A DNA stretch of 64,000 nt from Blepharisma stoltei ATCC 30299 (lineage: Eukaryota; Protista; Ciliophora), in the NCBI GenBank assembly GCA_965603825.1, contig CBFDEM010000025.1, forward strand, positions 248,001 through 312,000, in the 5' to 3' direction. Numbering within the stretch: the stretch's first letter is position 1; every line of letters begins with the position of its first letter. Positions 58,845 to 64,000 of the stretch are shown here, piece after piece. Below the pieces are notes generated by a model. The model was not told the DNA's origin. It saw only the letters and a list, made by a program, of their open reading frames with translations, and ran no database searches. The position numbers and the translations under genes were made by a program.

Positions 58845-60032
58845 ATGTCGTATAGAGAATTCTTACAAGGTTACGAAGAAAAAAACCAGCTCGCGGAGCT
58901 AAAGGACGCAATTGACTACCATCTCAGCTCTGGCGATTTCGTAACAGCCTCCAACGCTTTCTGTCAGCTTGTCACTCTTGACGGGTACAATCCTGCAGAG
59001 TGGGCGAATTTAGGTCATTGCTACCTCCTCTTAGAAAGGCTCGAAGAAAGTTTCAGAGCCTACTCCAACGCCCATCTAATATGAAAAGATTCAGCGCCAG
59101 CTCAACTTTGGTACGGACTCGGGCTTCTTTGTTACAAATGTAGACTTTTTGAAATGGCTGAGACGTACTTCGAAGCAGCGCTTAGAACTGATCCCAAATT
59201 TGAGTATGCACCACAGATATACTTAAAGTTAGGCATCATTTATAAAAGCTCCAACCAATATCTCAAGGCAATTACTTTTCTAAGAAATTGCCTCAATACA
59301 CAAGACCTAACTGAAGAGCAGATTATCGAGACTTTGTGCCAAATCGGAAGCTGCTTGGAGATTTCAAGGAAAGGAGAGGCACTGGAGCTATATAAAATTG
59401 CGAGAAACCTAAAAACGAGCCTGAAAACAACTGTTTGCTTGGGATGGGGATTTTTTGTGAACTGGGAATTTGACAAAGCCATTTCGATGTTTAACGAAGC
59501 TTTGAATCTGGTCGAAGACCAAGAAAGCAAAGCCTATTGTGACATCTTATACCTGAAGGCTCGGTGCCTAGTGGAGACCAAGTCATTGCAGAGAGCGCTT
59601 TCAATATTTACTTCAATAACCAGTAAATATCCCCAGGAACCTATTTATAAGATGTCTCTAGTCGTCCTTTATGCGGAGCTTGAGCAGTGCCAGAACGCCT
59701 TGACGTGCCTTTACAATTGTTTGTCATTGAAATATGACGAAATTGAAGTGTACGTAAACCTAGGAATCATCAATGAGCTTATGTTGCAAAGAGAAGAGGC
59801 AAAGAAATGATACCAAAAAGCAGTTGACAAAAACCCTGGAAATAGCATTGCTGCTAACAGGCTTAATCTTTTGATTAAGCAAAAAAACAGGCCAAGAAAT
59901 ATTCCGAACCCTTACCAGCCAACTATTGACATCACAGAGTTTCCATTCAGGCATTCCGAAAGGAGCTTCCAGCCTCAGATTTCAGTCCCAAAAGATGACA
60001 ATCAGTCTGCGTTCAAGAAAATCACTTTTTAG
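58845..60032 (+). CDS. Cyc8/Ssn6/UTX-like TPR protein, paralog A (395 aa)
   Basis: WANLGHCYLLL, LWYGLGLL; two TGA align to TGG in paralog B. Confidence 0.88.
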
Positions 60033-61151
60033 AAGCTGCCTAGTTGCTAAATACTAGCCTAAGTATTTTAATCAGTTTTAAATTTAAAAAATGATCTCTG
60101 TATCCATAAATGAGGGCAAGTTTTGCTTTATAATTTGAATTCGGTTCCTATTGAGCCGAGCTCTTGAAATTCTGAAATAAGGATAAAGATGGAATTTTCA
60201 GTCTAAGAATTTTGGTCTTTGAATAGGATAATCATTTTACTAACTATTTTTTGTAATAAAAACATTCTTATTTCTCATTATGCTCCTCATTGCCATTATA
60301 CTTTTATAACCGATAATTCCAATAAAATTATAAAATTCAAAAAATTATATTTCTGACATCCCATATTAATTTTTTTTACGCATAAGTCAGGATTTAATGC
60401 TAAATTTTACTTCTGGCTTCAATTTTTAATAAGTAGTGCGTTAAGCTATTTTTCCGGTACTTGATATTTTGAATTAGGCCAAATTGTAGTTTAAAAAAAA
60501 ATTGGATCCACATTTGTTTTCCTCGTAAGAAATTATAAACCCTAAGTATGAGCCATCATAAAACAAAAACGAGGCTTTGAAAGCTGCTTAGCGGGCCTAC
60601 CAGCTAATATTTATACTGAATCATCTACTTATTTCAAAAGAATTATTTTTCAATTATACTGGAAAATTGTAAATATTCACTAAGTAAATGATTTAGGACC
60701 AATCATAGAAAAAGGTACTCAAAAATCATGCGAATTCTTCATATGAACTCAAATTTTGAGTGTAGGCTGGGCTAAGGTTAGCTAAGTTTGGATTATTGGA
60801 TGCCACTTTAAGGCATTATCTTGGCAGAGACACGTGAGATTTGACCAATCACAAAAGCTTTTAAAGGGCAAATTCACAATTTTTCTTTACGATAAGATAA
60901 AGATACTTACTCAAAGACACCCAAATCTCAACCATTCTCTTTGGGCATTCATAAATTTTGAATTCTGACAGATCTCCAAGTCAAGCTGAAACCTCTGCAC
61001 AGCACTTATTTACAAAAAGCAGCGTTCCGAATCTCAACAGAAATAATGCAGCTGCTTTAAAAACAGGCTATGGCGCAAAAGAAACGCTTTAATCATTTTA
61101 AAGCCAAATTCTGGTAAAAAGTGAAAAGAATTTTTCATAAATATTAAATAG

Positions 61152-62363
61152 ATGTCATATAGAGAATTTTTACAAGGGTATGAAAAAGAAACCAACCAGC
61201 TTGACGACCTCAAGGAAGCAATTGAATACCACCTTAGCCTTGGTGATTTCAGCACTGCTTCAACTTTACTTTGCCAATTGGTTACACTGGATGGTTACAA
61301 CGCAACAGAATGGGCGAATCTCGGCCACTGCTACCTTCTATTGGAAAGGCTCGATGAGAGCTTTAGAGCCTACTCCAATGCCCATCTCATTTGGAAAGAT
61401 TCAGCTCCAGCACAGCTTTGGTATGGACTTGGCCTTCTGTGTTTCAAATGCAGACTTTTTGAAATGGCCGAGCGATATTTCCAAGCTGCTCTTCGAGCTG
61501 ATCCTAAATTTGAGCATACATCTCACATATACTTAAAGCTTGGGATTATTAATAAAAACTCCAAGCAATACCTTAAGGCAATTACTTATCTAAGAAATTG
61601 CTTAAACACTCAAGATCTCAGTGAAGAACAGACTGTTGAGACTCTGTGCCAAATAGCAAACTGCTTAGAAGTTTCAAGAAAAAGTTATGCAATAGAACTT
61701 TACCAAGTTGCAAAGAATTTGAAATCCAACCTAAAAACCACAGCATGCTTGGGATGGGGTTATTTTGTAAATAAAGACTACGACAAAGCTATTGCAATGT
61801 TCAACGAAGCTTTAAGCCTTGCTGAAAACCCAGAAACTAAGCCTTACTGCGATATAGTTTACCTGAAGGCTCGCTGCCTGATAGAAACTAAGTCGTTTCA
61901 TAGGGCACTTTCTCTTCTTGTCTCAATTACCACCAAATACCCACAGGAGCCAATTTACAAGATGTCGTTGGCAGTTGTATATGTAGAGCTTGAGCAATGC
62001 CAAAATGCTTTGGCATGCCTTTACAGCTGTCTAACACTTAAATACGACGAAATTGAGGCTTACATCAATTTGGGAATTGTTAACGAATTGATGTTCCAAA
62101 GGGAAGAAGCCATTGCGTGGTACCAAAAAGTGATTGACAAAAACCCTGCAAATAATATCGCCCCAAAGAGATTCAAGCTTTTAAGCAAGCACAAAAACAA
62201 GCCAAGAAATATTCCAGAGCCGCTTCAGCCAAACATCGACATTACTGAATTTCCATTTAAGCATATTGAGTGGAATTATCAGCAAACTGCTTACCCTCAA
62301 AATTGAATAAAAAGTAACATTGCTCAAGAGAATACCATATTAGGTACTGTTGAAAATATATAA
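61152..62363 (+). CDS. Cyc8/Ssn6/UTX-like TPR protein, paralog B (403 aa if TGA 62304 is Trp)
   Basis: Collinear with paralog A; the first TAA after the TGA is at 62361-62363. Confidence 0.88.
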
Positions 62364-62842
62364 TTAATTAAAGAATCAATTTTTATCAATTATTTTAATA
62401 AATTAAGATTATTCTTGAATTATGGCTTGTAAATTTAAAATTTGTTTAAAAATTAAGTTTAATAAAGGAATTGAAGTTGGCATGATGGTGTAGCTGTTTC
62501 ACTTTTGAACTTTAAATGAAAGACATTTTTAACAGTTGTTTTAATTTTATTAATAAAATGTCAATTATTTAAATATTTTAACTAGAGAATTAAAAAATCA
62601 TGCAAAAATAAAAATAATGTGAGATCTTTAAGTGGCAAGAAAATTATTATAAATTTTCGCTTATTTATGCTTATTGTTTTTGGCTAATAATTATTCTTCA
62701 TAAATTAAATAATCGATGAATTAAAATTACATAAAAGTTTATAAATCTCACAAAAGTATATAATTCTATTAGATAATAGCATGAAAGTTAATATTAAACT
62801 TATTGCATAATAAAAATAATAAGTTAATTTTAGCATAAATAT

Positions 62843-63058
62843 TTAGTACTCAGAAGCTTCAGAAGCAGATAAAGAGTCACAAGAATTTTCTACGATTTCC
62901 AAATCTATTTCACTACGCAAAGATTCAGAATCAAAACTATCTTCGCTGCTTCCATCTTGAGCAATCACGCTACTTAAGTCAGCACGACTTGCATCATTAT
63001 CTTCAAAGTATCCATCTGATAGTGTTTCTTCTTCTAGAATTTCTCTATTGATACTCAT
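62843..63058 (-). CDS. Small acidic Ser/Glu/Asp-rich protein (71 aa)
   Basis: ATG..TAA ORF that is more GC-rich than its flanks. Confidence 0.5.
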   Translation of the reverse strand: MSINREILEEETLSDGYFEDNDASRADLSSVIAQDGSSEDSFDSESLRSEIDLEIVENSCDSLSASEASEY

Positions 63059-63192
63059 ATATCTGAATAAAATTTATCAAAGATAAATGGGGCAAACTAA
63101 AATTAATTTTAATCTATAATATAATAAATTATTGATAAATAAAATAGATAGTGCATTTTATTTACTTATTGACGTTAAAACTTTACCTAAAC

Positions 63193-64000
63193 TTAATAAT
63201 ATCTTTTTACATTCGGACTCCTAATATTATTAGGGGTACCGTATCGTATTGGACTTTTGGTTTTCCCCTTTTTAACTGAGCTGGCTGGGCTTACTGACTG
63301 ATTCCTACTAGTAGATGTTCTTGGTGGAGATTTTTCGGGTATAAGTGGGGTATTTGGCCCACTTTGATTTGTTTTTTTCGCTGATATAAGTCTTTCAGCT
63401 TGACCATTATCTCCATGTGTGCTTATATATTTCTCTTCTGGCGACATTCTTGTATCCACTTTCACAATTGGCCTCAAAGCTTTCACATTACCATTTCCCA
63501 TCCTAAAAAATTCTTGCTCCCTATCACACAAAAATTGCTGCTGAGGACCCAGCACACTCCCAGGTCTGCACAGTCTAATCCACCCAATAAAATCAGCAGC
63601 TGGAAACCTATAATGTTTCATCGCATATATTCCTATCAAAGTTCCAGTCCTCCCTAATCCAGCTTTACAATGCACAGCAACTGCTCCAGGCTCATTCTCC
63701 ACAATTCTCAAAAAATCACTAATTATGCTTTCACTAGGACAGGACCCATCCAAAAAATATAAATCATAATGCTTGATCCCAAGCCTCACAAATTTCTCAG
63801 CATCATAAGTCTTATTATTCAGTCTTATCACGGCGCCAACTCCTAGCTTATGAAATAATGGCGCATAATCTTCTGGAGTCCACACTTTAAACCCTTCTGT
63901 ATCATTTGAAGTAGGGCTTGGTGAGGCAAATGCTAATAATTTCCCTGGAATAATCCAGTTCCAGTCCCCATTTTCAACTTTTTCATAAAACTCGTAGTCG
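63193..64000 (-). CDS. CDC14: CDC14 dual-specificity phosphatase, 5' part outside the window
   Basis: YEKVENGDWNWIIPGK, FLDGSCP, HCKAGLGRTG, RPGSVLGPQQ. Confidence 0.96.
   Translation of the reverse strand, partial: DYEFYEKVENGDWNWIIPGKLLAFASPSPTSNDTEGFKVWTPEDYAPLFHKLGVGAVIRLNNKTYDAEKFVRLGIKHYDLYFLDGSCPSESIISDFLRIVENEPGAVAVHCKAGLGRTGTLIGIYAMKHYRFPAADFIGWIRLCRPGSVLGPQQQFLCDREQEFFRMGNGNVKALRPIVKVDTRMSPEEKYISTHGDNGQAERLISAKKTNQSGPNTPLIPEKSPPRTSTSRNQSVSPASSVKKGKTKSPIRYGTPNNIRSPNVKRYY

Overview
AT-rich, extremely gene-dense eukaryotic DNA with the signature of a heterotrich ciliate macronuclear-type genome, most like Blepharisma. UGA is read as Trp (only UAA/UAG terminate), introns are almost absent (one 15-nt GT..AG intron found), and many intergenic gaps are only 10-60 nt. 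Re-reading TGA as Trp fuses the fragmented ORF track into about 43 genes and reveals genes the track misses (an RBR E3 ligase, a 363-aa membrane protein, a tandem CBM20 protein, a 65-aa tail-anchored repeat microprotein). Recognisable genes: DYRK kinase, histone H2B, GrpE, sirtuin, PKG, S28 peptidase, major vault protein, BLOC1S2-like, calmodulin-like, FAM166-like, ATP synthase beta, POT1/TEBP-alpha-like, WD40-ankyrin-TRP-like channel, SET methyltransferase, CDC14. Highlights: (1) a cluster of three PHTF/gustatory-receptor-like (7TMIC) candidate chemoreceptor channels, one with a single premature TAA; (2) a 742-bp 5'-truncated non-LTR retroelement with a perfect 15-bp target-site duplication; (3) a large protein with a C-terminal truncated (2/2) globin; (4) several intact-frame pseudoenzymes. 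Family calls are motif recognition by eye; no database searches were run.
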